Source: an uncultured Ruminococcus sp.
Lineage (GTDB): Bacteria > Bacillota > Clostridia > Oscillospirales > Acutalibacteraceae
Assembly (NCBI GenBank): GCA_902776975.1
Contig: CACYSI010000001.1
Coordinates: forward strand, 26,661-90,660
Length of the DNA: 64,000 nucleotides
Direction of reading: 5' to 3'
The notes under the pieces are model-generated. The model had not been told where the DNA came from. It did not search any database and saw nothing but the letters and a program-made list of their open reading frames with translations. Of this stretch, positions 1 through 7,787 are shown piece by piece; position 1 is the stretch's first letter, and every line of letters begins with the position of its first letter. The translations under genes and the position numbers were made by a program.

Positions 1-328
1 TGCGGTAATATATCCTGTAGCGGGTACTGTCGCCGTAACTGTCCCAGCTTATCTCGGCGCCCTTGCCGGTATTGACTATCTTGGTTATGACCGGATAATC
101 GATGACCTGAGCCGGTTCTGTGGGTTCTGTCGTAGCTGTTGTTTCGGCTTCGATCAGACTTTTATCGGAGCTAATGCCGACCTCTGCCGCCGTCTGAATG
201 ACCGAGTCGGTTTTGGCAGACATATCATTTGATATGCTTTCGGCTCCTACCGTGACGCCTGTCACAGTTAGCACGGACACTGTCAGCAGAATTGACAGCA
301 GTAAGGATATGATTCTTTTTGCTTTCAT
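1..328 (-). CDS. Secreted repeat-domain protein, N-terminal part (gene runs off the window start)
   Basis: ATG at 326-328 (minus strand) is followed by a signal-peptide-like MKAKRIISLLLSILLTVSVLTV. Reverse translation of 1-118 gives ...YPVITKIVNTGKGAEISWDSYGDSTRYRIYYR, the same module as the repeats of 13224..15599. Confidence 0.6.
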   Translation of the reverse strand, partial: MKAKRIISLLLSILLTVSVLTVTGVTVGAESISNDMSAKTDSVIQTAAEVGISSDKSLIEAETTATTEPTEPAQVIDYPVITKIVNTGKGAEISWDSYGDSTRYRIYYR

Positions 329-507
329 TAAAATAATCTCCTTCGGTAATTCTTGAGATAAAACAATCCAGCCAGACTATCAGACGCGGTTGTCAGCCTG
401 CTTTTGCTTATCACACAGATCGATCATGTTATGCTTCGGGGACTATTCGGAGTTTCATACTGTGGCATAAATGTTCGGGTGATGATATTATCAAAGGCGG
501 ACTTAAC

Positions 508-573
508 TGCTCTCAATTATATAGATGTACGGGAGGGCAAAAAGGTTTTGAAATTTTAAAAAATTTTTTAAGG
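508..573 (-). promoter_or_regulatory. Conserved upstream module (copy 1) shared with 2715..2783
   Basis: About 66 bp align at roughly 85 percent with 2715..2783: ctgctYtcaMttataYagatgYacg...aaaaaggttttgaaaYttYaaaaaattttttaa. It lies upstream of the minus-strand secreted-protein gene. Confidence 0.4.
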
Positions 574-619
574 TGAAAATAAGCGCCTACGGAGCAACAT
601 AGGTTTGCTTTTGTCGCGG

Positions 620-695
620 GACACGCGTGTCTCGCAAATGTCCCGGTGGGACAGCGGGCGGGTCAGGCACGCGTGCCACGACCCGCCCCTACAAT
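620..695. repeat. Intergenic mosaic repeat block (GACACGCGTGTC palindrome plus GC hairpin ending in CCCCTACAAT)
   Basis: gacacgcgtgtc at 620-631, variant ggcacgcgtgcc at 666-677, gggcgggtc/gacccgccc arms at 656-664 and 680-688, cccctacaat at 686-695. The same modules recur at 9717, 9771, 21211, 24380 and 24449. Confidence 0.8.
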
Positions 696-888
696 AAACG
701 TGATTGCGTTGCGCAAAGGCTCCGCTATGATGGGTCGGGTTGGAAGCTCTGCCGGTCAGATCGAACTTGCAAGATAAATACGAAGTGGATGTAATTTACA
801 AAACATTCACATATAATTCACACGGTTTTACACTTTTCGTCACATATGCGTGATATGATATAGACATCAAATCAAGGGAGGTGAAAAG

Positions 889-1314
889 ATGAGCGCCGCA
901 AAGAAGCCGTCTGTGCTTGTATGTGTCACGGGTCAGTATGACTGCGACAGACTGATAGAATCCGGATCTGAGCTGGCAGTAAAGCACGGGTACGACCTGA
1001 GAGTACTGTGCGTACATACCCCCGACAGCAACCCGGCGTATATCTCGGATGAGATAGAGTATCTCTATCGTACCGCTAAAAATCTGGGCGCGGATATGAC
1101 AATAGCGTTTAACGACAGAGCGCCGAAATACGCAGCCGACTTCGCCCGAAAGGTCAACGCGAGATATCTGATCACGGGTCTGCCCGACCGCCGTCCCAAC
1201 GGCTTTGTGCTGACTCTGCATGAGCTCTTGCCGAGACTCAGGATTACTATGGTAACAAAAGAGGGAGAGAGCCTGATCTACTCGCCTGTAGCGGCAGACA
1301 GAGCACTCGCCTGA
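889..1314 (+). CDS. Universal stress protein-like (UspA / KdpD-Usp-type) protein
   Basis: 141-aa ORF with a GGGAGG RBS 7 nt upstream. VLVCVTG...DRLI...LRVLCVH...ARYLITG resembles the Usp/adenine-nucleotide alpha-hydrolase fold. A terminator follows. Confidence 0.5.
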   Translation: MSAAKKPSVLVCVTGQYDCDRLIESGSELAVKHGYDLRVLCVHTPDSNPAYISDEIEYLYRTAKNLGADMTIAFNDRAPKYAADFARKVNARYLITGLPDRRPNGFVLTLHELLPRLRITMVTKEGESLIYSPVAADRALA

Positions 1315-1388
1315 TAACAAAACATAATAGGATTTTATATTATATAAATAACTTCATTATAATCAATATATTCAAATCAACAGCGAAG

Positions 1389-1412
1389 AGCCGTCCGAAA
1401 GGGCGGCTTTTT
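1389..1412 (+). terminator. Rho-independent terminator
   Basis: agccgtccgaaagggcggc hairpin followed by ttttt. Confidence 0.7.
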
Positions 1413-1538
1413 GCTGTTGAAAAGCCTAAAGCGCTGTCATCCCGAGCTTGTCGAGGGATCTTTTGACTACTGTTTTTCGGACTGTAAAAACTGATAGGGT
1501 TAAATATTTCCTACAAAGTCGGCGCTTTAAGATCCTTT

Positions 1539-1592
1539 GAGGAGTTGTCCAAATCTTCGATTTGGTATACAACTCCCATGCAACAGCGCTCC
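1539..1592. repeat. Nested-hairpin intergenic repeat (copy 1 of 2; other copy 9976..10029)
   Basis: gaggaGttgtccaaatcttcgatttggtatacaaCtcccatgcaacagcgctcc versus gaggaAttgtccaaatcttttatttggcttacaaTtcccatgcagcagcgctcc. Confidence 0.8.
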
Positions 1593-1651
1593 AAGAGCAG
1601 ATTCATCTGCGATTGGCGAAGCGCCACTGCCGCTCCGCTCAGGATGACAAC

Positions 1652-1700
1652 GATCAGGGGCTGTCGCACTAAATGTGCGACAGCCCCTGATCGTTTTTTT
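1652..1700. terminator. Long perfect hairpin with T-run, directly downstream of the minus-strand gene 1708..2664
   Basis: gatcaggggctgtcgcac/gtgcgacagcccctgatc stem (about 17 bp) followed by ttttttt on the plus strand. On the minus strand the U-tract is weak, so strand assignment is uncertain. Confidence 0.5.
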
Positions 1701-1707
1701 GATATTA

Positions 1708-2664
1708 TTACTTCTCCTTGATCTTAGCCACCGCGAAGCATCCGGCAAATAACGCCGAAAGCGTGATGACCGCGAACAGTGGGAGCATATCACGGGTTTT
1801 GGGGGATGTGGCGCTGCCTGAGCCTGAATTTCCGTTATCGGAGGGTGCGGGAGAGGGCTTTTGATCGGGGGTAGCCTCAGGCTTTTCTGCGGGCTTGTGA
1901 GCGAGCGCAGGCGAATCCGCGAAGATAGCTGTACCGGATAGACGTATCGACTTGGGACGGACAACGATCACGGGATCGGTCAGACTGCCTGAGATCAGCT
2001 CATAGTCGCCGTCGAGCTCCCATCTGACAAAGTCGGCGCCGTCGGGAACAGCGGTATATGTGACGTTCTTTATCCAGATAAAGCCCTCGTCCGTATCCGC
2101 GATATCAAAGTAGCCGTCGCCGTCTATATCCATCAGCTTATCTTTATAATCGACCTTACCGGAGCCGTCATGATCACAGTAGATATCAGGTCCGCTTATA
2201 TTGGGCAGCTCGCTGTAATAGTCGGGGTTGTAGTCTTCAAACTCATCTGCATACGGATCGTAAAAGTACGCCTCGATATAGATATCCGACATAGGCTTAA
2301 GTACAACTGTGGTATCATTTGAATTGCCGACTTCATCTATATAGCCATCGACGATTTCAAACTCGCCGTCAAATAACAGATAGTCAAAAACGAGAGAGGA
2401 TTCTGCGGTCGCTTGTTCGTCTACAATAACGGTGATCGTTTCGCCTGAGTCCGCCGAGACCTTATCTGTGCTTACAGATACCAGCGAGGGAACCGCGCTT
2501 TTTGCGTCGTCGATATACTCTGTTACGGCGATATTGTAATATGAGGGATCAGCCTCATCGGGTGTGGCAGCCGACGCCGATACGCCCACAGCGGTGAGCA
2601 TGGCCGCGATCAGCAGCGTCGACATAAGTACGGAAATGATTTTTGTGATCTTTGTGTTTTTCAT
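1708..2664 (-). CDS. Cell-surface protein with signal peptide, Ca-binding-like DxDxDG stretch and C-terminal hydrophobic anchor
   Basis: AGGAGGA RBS. N-terminal MKNTKITKIISVLMSTLLIAAMLTAVGVSASA. DHDGSGKVDYKD..DIDGDGYFD acidic loops. C-terminus SPKTRDMLPLFAVITLSALFAGCFAVAKIKEK (hydrophobic segment plus basic tail). Confidence 0.6.
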   Translation of the reverse strand: MKNTKITKIISVLMSTLLIAAMLTAVGVSASAATPDEADPSYYNIAVTEYIDDAKSAVPSLVSVSTDKVSADSGETITVIVDEQATAESSLVFDYLLFDGEFEIVDGYIDEVGNSNDTTVVLKPMSDIYIEAYFYDPYADEFEDYNPDYYSELPNISGPDIYCDHDGSGKVDYKDKLMDIDGDGYFDIADTDEGFIWIKNVTYTAVPDGADFVRWELDGDYELISGSLTDPVIVVRPKSIRLSGTAIFADSPALAHKPAEKPEATPDQKPSPAPSDNGNSGSGSATSPKTRDMLPLFAVITLSALFAGCFAVAKIKEK

Positions 2665-2714
2665 TTTATCCTCCTGAACATTTGATATTATCTGTCAGGC
2701 AGCGGTATTTTTGC

Positions 2715-2783
2715 CTGCTTTCACTTATACAGATGCACGAAAGCGTAAAAAGGTTTTGAAACTTTCAAAAATTTTTTAAAACA
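2715..2783 (-). promoter_or_regulatory. Conserved upstream module (copy 2), about 50 bp upstream of the start of 1708..2664
   Basis: Aligns with 508..573. On the minus strand it reads A/T tract - tttcaaaaccttttt - N11 - catctgtataag. Confidence 0.4.
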
Positions 2784-2798
2784 ATTATAAGCTGAAAT

Positions 2799-2989
2799 TC
2801 AGCCCCTCCGGGTGAGAGGGCTGAGACAGCTTGTCGAAAAAGGTTAATTATCGTAACGCAGGGCGTTTCCAAGGCTCCCCTCTGTCTGCTTTGCAGACAC
2901 CTCCCCAATGGGGAGATCACCCTCGTCAGAGGGGGCGGCATAGGTTTTCCTGCATAATATCTCAGCCCCTCCGGGTGAGAGGGGCTGAG
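2799..2989. repeat. Composite intergenic repeat: two ctcagcccctccgggtgagaggggctgag hairpins flanking a 64-bp module
   Basis: Hairpin copies at 2799-2824 and 2961-2989. The 64-bp module at 2873-2936 is the exact reverse complement of 17477-17540. Confidence 0.85.
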
Positions 2990-3021
2990 GGGTTACAGGT
3001 ATTTTGTTATATCTGTCGGGA

Positions 3022-5787
3022 TCAGATGATCTCGCCTATCTTATAAGGTACGGGAACCAGGGTAGCGTAGCGCATTACTAAGGTAGCGTCAACGGGAGTC
3101 ACATCGCCGTCGCCGTCTACGTCGGCTACGATCCTCATTTTCGGATCGCTTACGCCGGGTACGTCAACAAAGGTGGCGTAGCGCTGGATAAAGGTAGCGT
3201 CTACGACCGTAACGTCGCCGTCACCGTCGACATCGCCGAGTTTGAAGTCGGCGGCAGAGATAAGCTCGATGGTGATGCAGTCGCAATACCAGTCGGTGTG
3301 AGAGAAAGCGGGGTCGAAGCAAACGGTGTAGGTGCCGTTCTCGGTGATCTCGTCGTAGTCGCTGCCGATGCCGTCGGGGATCCAAGTCACATTCTCGCCC
3401 TCGACGTGAACGATCTTGAAGCGGGAGAGGGTGGTGAGCTCGGTAGCGAGCGTATAGATACCGTCCTCGCCCTCGGTCATCTTAAACTCATCCTTGTAAG
3501 CCCAGTCGGTGAAGTTGCCTACTACATAGTAGCCGTCCTTGCTTTCGGGCTCGGTGGGGATGAGAGGATCATGGTGATGATCGGGGTTGCAGCACATTTC
3601 GTCTACATATGTGAAGTGATCGCTGCTCATGGCATACTTTCCGTAGCAGCCGTCGCCGTAGTAGAAGTACCAGTCGCCGAAGAAGGTCTCTTTGCCTGAA
3701 TACTCACTTGTGGTGACTTCGGCGGGCTTGCAGATGAAGATACAGCCGTCGAAGTTGTCTGTGGCCGTACCCTCGGGGATAGTGTCGAACTCTTCGGGGT
3801 CAGCGCCCTGGCAGTTGACGTTGACTGTCTGCTGAGCGGCAGCGTACTGAGGCGTGGTCTTGTCTGTGCCGCCGTCTACGGCGTTGTTGAAGATGATGTT
3901 GGTCAGCTCGTCGGACTCGTAAGGTACGTTAGCCGAGAAGATACCCTGCTCAGCGTCTACGAGAGTCATCTTAGCGCCCGGCCAGGGGTTGAGGTTCATA
4001 GAGCCCTGCCACCAGTAGATGCCTGCCCAGTTTACGCCGTCGAGCTCGTTGTACTCGTTAGCCCAGCTGTGCTCGCCGCTTGTGGGCATCTTGAAGTATA
4101 CGGTGAAGGTATCTGTGATGCCTGCCTCGGCGACTACATCGTCAACGTTAGCCATCGAGTCGATAGCTCTCTTGTATTCTGCGGGCTCAGTGGGAGCAGG
4201 CTGAGTAGGAGCGGGCATACCGTCTACATAGATGCAGTTGTAGAACCAGCCGTCGGTAGCGCCGACCGGGTCGAAGTATACATCATATGTGCCGTCGGCA
4301 GTGATCTCGCCGTTCTCGCCGTAGTTGTTGCCCATGCCGTCGGGATACCAGACCTGAGCGGGCTCGGGCAGGCTCCAGTTATAGGCTACTACCTTGAACT
4401 GATTTGAAACTGTAAGAGGGAGATCCTCAAACAGATACTTGACGCTGTCGCCGTCGGCGATCTTGGTCATTGTGTATTCATCTTTTATCTGCCAATCGGT
4501 GAAGTTGCCTACGATGTAGTAGGTGGGCTCGCCGGGCTCGGGGCTGATAGTCTCGATAGCCTGTGTCTCGGGAGGTGTTGTGGGAAGAGCGGGCATACCC
4601 TTGACCTTGATGCAGTTATAGAACCAGCCCTCACCTTCAGCGTCGAGGTTGGGATCGAAGAGCACGTCATATGTACCGGCAACAGTGATCTCACCGTTCT
4701 CGCCGTAGTTGTTGCCCATACCGTCGGGGTACCATGTCTGCACAGGATCGGGGAGACTCCAGTTATAGGATACTACCTTGAACTGATCGGTGCTTGCAAG
4801 AGCGAGATCCTTAAACAGATACTTAACGCTGTCGCCCTCGGCGATCTTGGTCATAGCGTATTCTTCCTTCATCTGCCAATCGGTGAAGCCGCCGACTATA
4901 TAGTAAGTAGGCTCGCCGGGCTCGGGTGTTACAGTTTCAATAGTCTGAGTCTCGGGCTCGGTGGGAGCGGGCTCGGTGAGCTCTTCTGTGGGAGCCTGTG
5001 TTTCGGGAACTGTGGTTTCAGGCGCTGTGGTCTCAGGTGCCGCAGCGGCGGGGAGAGCGGAAGCGTCGGCGCTCCATGTGCTCTCTGTGTCTGTAGAAGC
5101 GATAGAAGCGGCTACGTCGTCCTTAGTAAGACCCAAGCCCTCGCCGATATCGTCTATCAGCTGCTGTTCGGTCTTTTTGCCCGTATCTACCATGTAAGTT
5201 CTCGCGTTTGCGAGGGTGTTTGTGAGGAAGTCCTCAAAGATGGTGAGAGGGGTCTTGCCCTCTTCGGGACAGGTGCCGACTACGGTGCCGATGGAAGAGA
5301 TCTGCAGCACGGGACCGTACTTGGTCGCGTCCATATCCTTCCAGAAAGCGGCTCTGGTCTGTTTTGAGCTGTCTACGGGGTTTTCATAGATAGTGTCGTC
5401 GCAGTAAGCCACATGACCGTAGCAGGTGGTGTCAAAGATCAGATCATAGGTCTGGTTGCCCGCGCCCGTAAAGATGATCTTGTACTGCTCGCCTTCCTTG
5501 ATGTCCATGCCCTTAGCGGCGGGGTCGTACGACCAGATGCCGTCGCCCTCATCGGTGCCGTTGAGCTTTTTGCCGCCCCAGGGGAGCAGCTCGCCGTACT
5601 CGGCGGAGAATACATAGAAGCCGACCTTGTCCTTAGCGCCCAGCTCCCAGCCTGTGGAAGAGAGGTCAAAGTACAGCTTTGTGTCCTCGTAGGTCACGGC
5701 TCCCGCGGCGGTGGTCATCACGGTAAAGGCGGACATTACCATGAGTACCGCTAAGAGAAGTGATACGATTTTCTTGAATTTCAGCAT
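3022..5787 (-). CDS. Secreted dockerin-containing carbohydrate-binding protein (cellulosome/amylosome-type component)
   Basis: AAGGAGG RBS and signal peptide. C-terminal duplicated GDVDGDGDVT.VDAT..(Q/M)RY dockerin repeats. Central ...WAGIYWWQG..NPWPGAKMT...IIFNN resembles alpha-glucan-binding CBM25/26-type modules. Three YY(I/V)VG.FTDW modules and Pro/Thr/Glu linkers. Confidence 0.75.
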   Translation of the reverse strand: MLKFKKIVSLLLAVLMVMSAFTVMTTAAGAVTYEDTKLYFDLSSTGWELGAKDKVGFYVFSAEYGELLPWGGKKLNGTDEGDGIWSYDPAAKGMDIKEGEQYKIIFTGAGNQTYDLIFDTTCYGHVAYCDDTIYENPVDSSKQTRAAFWKDMDATKYGPVLQISSIGTVVGTCPEEGKTPLTIFEDFLTNTLANARTYMVDTGKKTEQQLIDDIGEGLGLTKDDVAASIASTDTESTWSADASALPAAAAPETTAPETTVPETQAPTEELTEPAPTEPETQTIETVTPEPGEPTYYIVGGFTDWQMKEEYAMTKIAEGDSVKYLFKDLALASTDQFKVVSYNWSLPDPVQTWYPDGMGNNYGENGEITVAGTYDVLFDPNLDAEGEGWFYNCIKVKGMPALPTTPPETQAIETISPEPGEPTYYIVGNFTDWQIKDEYTMTKIADGDSVKYLFEDLPLTVSNQFKVVAYNWSLPEPAQVWYPDGMGNNYGENGEITADGTYDVYFDPVGATDGWFYNCIYVDGMPAPTQPAPTEPAEYKRAIDSMANVDDVVAEAGITDTFTVYFKMPTSGEHSWANEYNELDGVNWAGIYWWQGSMNLNPWPGAKMTLVDAEQGIFSANVPYESDELTNIIFNNAVDGGTDKTTPQYAAAQQTVNVNCQGADPEEFDTIPEGTATDNFDGCIFICKPAEVTTSEYSGKETFFGDWYFYYGDGCYGKYAMSSDHFTYVDEMCCNPDHHHDPLIPTEPESKDGYYVVGNFTDWAYKDEFKMTEGEDGIYTLATELTTLSRFKIVHVEGENVTWIPDGIGSDYDEITENGTYTVCFDPAFSHTDWYCDCITIELISAADFKLGDVDGDGDVTVVDATFIQRYATFVDVPGVSDPKMRIVADVDGDGDVTPVDATLVMRYATLVPVPYKIGEII
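4197..4911. repeat. Intragenic tandem duplication (two ~110-aa YYIVG.FTDW modules with PT-rich linkers)
   Basis: EPTYYIVGGFTDWQMKEEYAMTKIAEGDSVKYLFKDL... and EPTYYIVGNFTDWQIKDEYTMTKIADGDSVKYLFEDL... are nearly identical. Coordinates are approximate. Confidence 0.7.
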
Positions 5788-5910
5788 AGTGTACCTCCTT
5801 GATAATCTTGATAATATAGTATAATCATAATAGCATAAACGCGCCTGATTTTCAACAATGAAAGCAGCAAATTTAATAGTTTTTACGCCTGTTTTCCGCC
5901 TTGTTTTTAC

Positions 5911-5939
5911 TTGCTAATCCGATATATATATGGTAAAAT
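5911..5939 (+). promoter_or_regulatory. Putative sigmaA promoter of the ABC exporter operon
   Basis: ttgcta (5911-5916), 17-nt spacer, taaaat (5934-5939). Confidence 0.45.
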
Positions 5940-6023
5940 AAAATGATACCGAAAAAGACTGTTCTACTATAGGCAAAAACGCAATTGAATCACGTGGTTT
6001 TGCCTGACGGAAGGTTTGATAAC

Positions 6024-7787
6024 ATGAGATTCAATATCATACGCCATTTTACTAAGCGCGAGTGGCTGGCTACCGCCGGCGCCGTGGCGCTGATAGGCGC
6101 CTCGGTATGGCTCGAGCTGCTCATGCCCGCGTACATGAAGGACATCACGAGCCTGCTGATCATACCCGGCTCACAGATATCCGACATACTGTGGGCGGGC
6201 GGCAAGATGCTGCTGTGCGCTCTGGCAAGCCTGCTCGTAAGCGTGCTTGTGACGGTGATCTCGGGCTTTCTCGCGGCGAGCTACTCCTTTAATGTGAGGG
6301 CAAAGCTCTATGACGCGGTAGAGAGCTTCTCTATGGCTGAGATCAACCGCTTCTCTACAGCCTCGCTGATAACGCGTTCCACTAACGACATCACACAGGT
6401 GCAGACGATAATTGTCTTCGGACTGTTCGTCATAGTCAGAGCGCCGCTCATGGCGGTGCTGTCTATCACCAAGATAGCCGACAAGAGCGCCGAGTGGACC
6501 TTTTCGGCGGCTGTAGCCGTGGTGCTGGTGGTCATAGTGCTGGGAATATGCTTCATCTTCGCTCATCCGCTGTTCAAGCGCATACAGACCCTGACGGACA
6601 ACATCAACCGCATCACCCGTGAGAATCTGACGGGTCTGCGAGTTGTGCGCGCCTACAACGCCGAGGATTATCAGAAGGCTAAGTTTGAGAAGGCGAACGA
6701 AGAGATCACAAGCAACAACATGAAGGCTCACAGGATAATGTCGATAATGCTGCCTTCGATGATGCTGGTGATGAACGGCATATCACTGGTGGTATACTGG
6801 ATAGGCGCTTATCTGATCGACGGCGCGCCCTTTGAGGGTAAGGCAGAGCTCTTCCTCGATATGACGGTCTTTTCACAATACGCGCTGATGGTCATCATGG
6901 CGTTCATGATGCTCAACATGATCTTCATCATGGGCCCGCGCTCGCTGGTAGCGGCAAAGCGTATCAACGAGGTCATCGACACCGAGTCCTCCGTAAAGGA
7001 CGGCAAGGGCGTGGAGCACACCGATACACAGGGCGAGATAGAGTTCAAAAACGTCAGCTTCCGCTATCCCGACGCCGCCGACAATGTGCTTGAAAACATC
7101 ACCTTCACCGCCAAAAAGGGCGAGACCGTGGCTATCATCGGCTCGACGGGCTGCGGTAAATCGACAATGATAAACCTGATACCCAGATTTTATGACGCTA
7201 CCGAGGGCGAGGTGCTCGTGGACGGAGTGAACGTCAGGGAGTATACCCTCGAGCAGCTGCATAACAAGATAGGCTATGTGCCTCAGAGGGCTGTGCTCTT
7301 ATCGGGTACGGTCAACACCAATGTAGCCATGGGCTCAAACGGCACCGAGGGCTATACTCAGGAGGACGTCAGCCGAGCCGTTGAGATAGCTCAGGCTAAG
7401 AATATAGTCGAGAACTATCCCGAGGGCTATGAGCATCCCGTAGCTCAGGGAGGCTCCAACCTCAGCGGCGGTCAGAAGCAGCGCCTGTGCATAGCGCGCG
7501 CTATCTGCCGCAAGCCCGAGATACTCATATTTGACGACAGCTTCTCGGCGCTCGACTACAAGACCGACCGCGAGCTGCGCGACTCTCTGAAGAAGAATAC
7601 CGCGGGCACTACCAATATCATAGTCGCCCAGCGTATAGGCACCATCAAGGACGCCGATAAGATAATCGTGCTCGACGAGGGCAGGATAGCCGCCATAGGC
7701 AAGCACAAGGAACTGCTCAAGACCTGCTCTATCTACCATGAGATAGGCTTATCTCAGCTCGGAGAGGAGGAACTGAACAATGTCTGA
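6024..7787 (+). CDS. ABC transporter permease/ATP-binding protein (type I exporter half-transporter, heterodimer partner 1)
   Basis: N-terminal 6-TM domain followed by an NBD with Walker A GSTGCGKST, signature LSGGQKQR and Walker B ILIFDD. ATG at 6024 is preferred over the TTG at 5985 given in the ORF track. Confidence 0.9.
   Translation: MRFNIIRHFTKREWLATAGAVALIGASVWLELLMPAYMKDITSLLIIPGSQISDILWAGGKMLLCALASLLVSVLVTVISGFLAASYSFNVRAKLYDAVESFSMAEINRFSTASLITRSTNDITQVQTIIVFGLFVIVRAPLMAVLSITKIADKSAEWTFSAAVAVVLVVIVLGICFIFAHPLFKRIQTLTDNINRITRENLTGLRVVRAYNAEDYQKAKFEKANEEITSNNMKAHRIMSIMLPSMMLVMNGISLVVYWIGAYLIDGAPFEGKAELFLDMTVFSQYALMVIMAFMMLNMIFIMGPRSLVAAKRINEVIDTESSVKDGKGVEHTDTQGEIEFKNVSFRYPDAADNVLENITFTAKKGETVAIIGSTGCGKSTMINLIPRFYDATEGEVLVDGVNVREYTLEQLHNKIGYVPQRAVLLSGTVNTNVAMGSNGTEGYTQEDVSRAVEIAQAKNIVENYPEGYEHPVAQGGSNLSGGQKQRLCIARAICRKPEILIFDDSFSALDYKTDRELRDSLKKNTAGTTNIIVAQRIGTIKDADKIIVLDEGRIAAIGKHKELLKTCSIYHEIGLSQLGEEELNNV

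Noticed and set aside
1527-1964. 145-aa minus-strand ORF overlapping the 3' end of 1708..2664 and the repeat block
   Set aside because: It is out of frame with and overlaps a gene that has a signal peptide, RBS and anchor. It extends through the terminator hairpin and repeat modules.
2831-3046. Small ORFs inside repeat blocks (2831..3046, 9868..10050, 17414..17614, 17418..17606) sharing peptides such as SPLSALQTPPQWGDHPRQRG
   Set aside because: The shared 'peptide' comes from the 64-bp DNA repeat being read in either orientation. The ORFs have no RBS and overlap hairpin-dense intergenic DNA. Conservation is at nucleotide and structure level, not codon level.
5985-6023. TTG start at 5985 for the first ABC exporter gene
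   Set aside because: The ATG at 6024 (MRFNIIRHF...) is preceded by GGAAGG at suitable spacing, and the extra 13 residues add nothing conserved. Confidence in this choice is low, since either start is possible.
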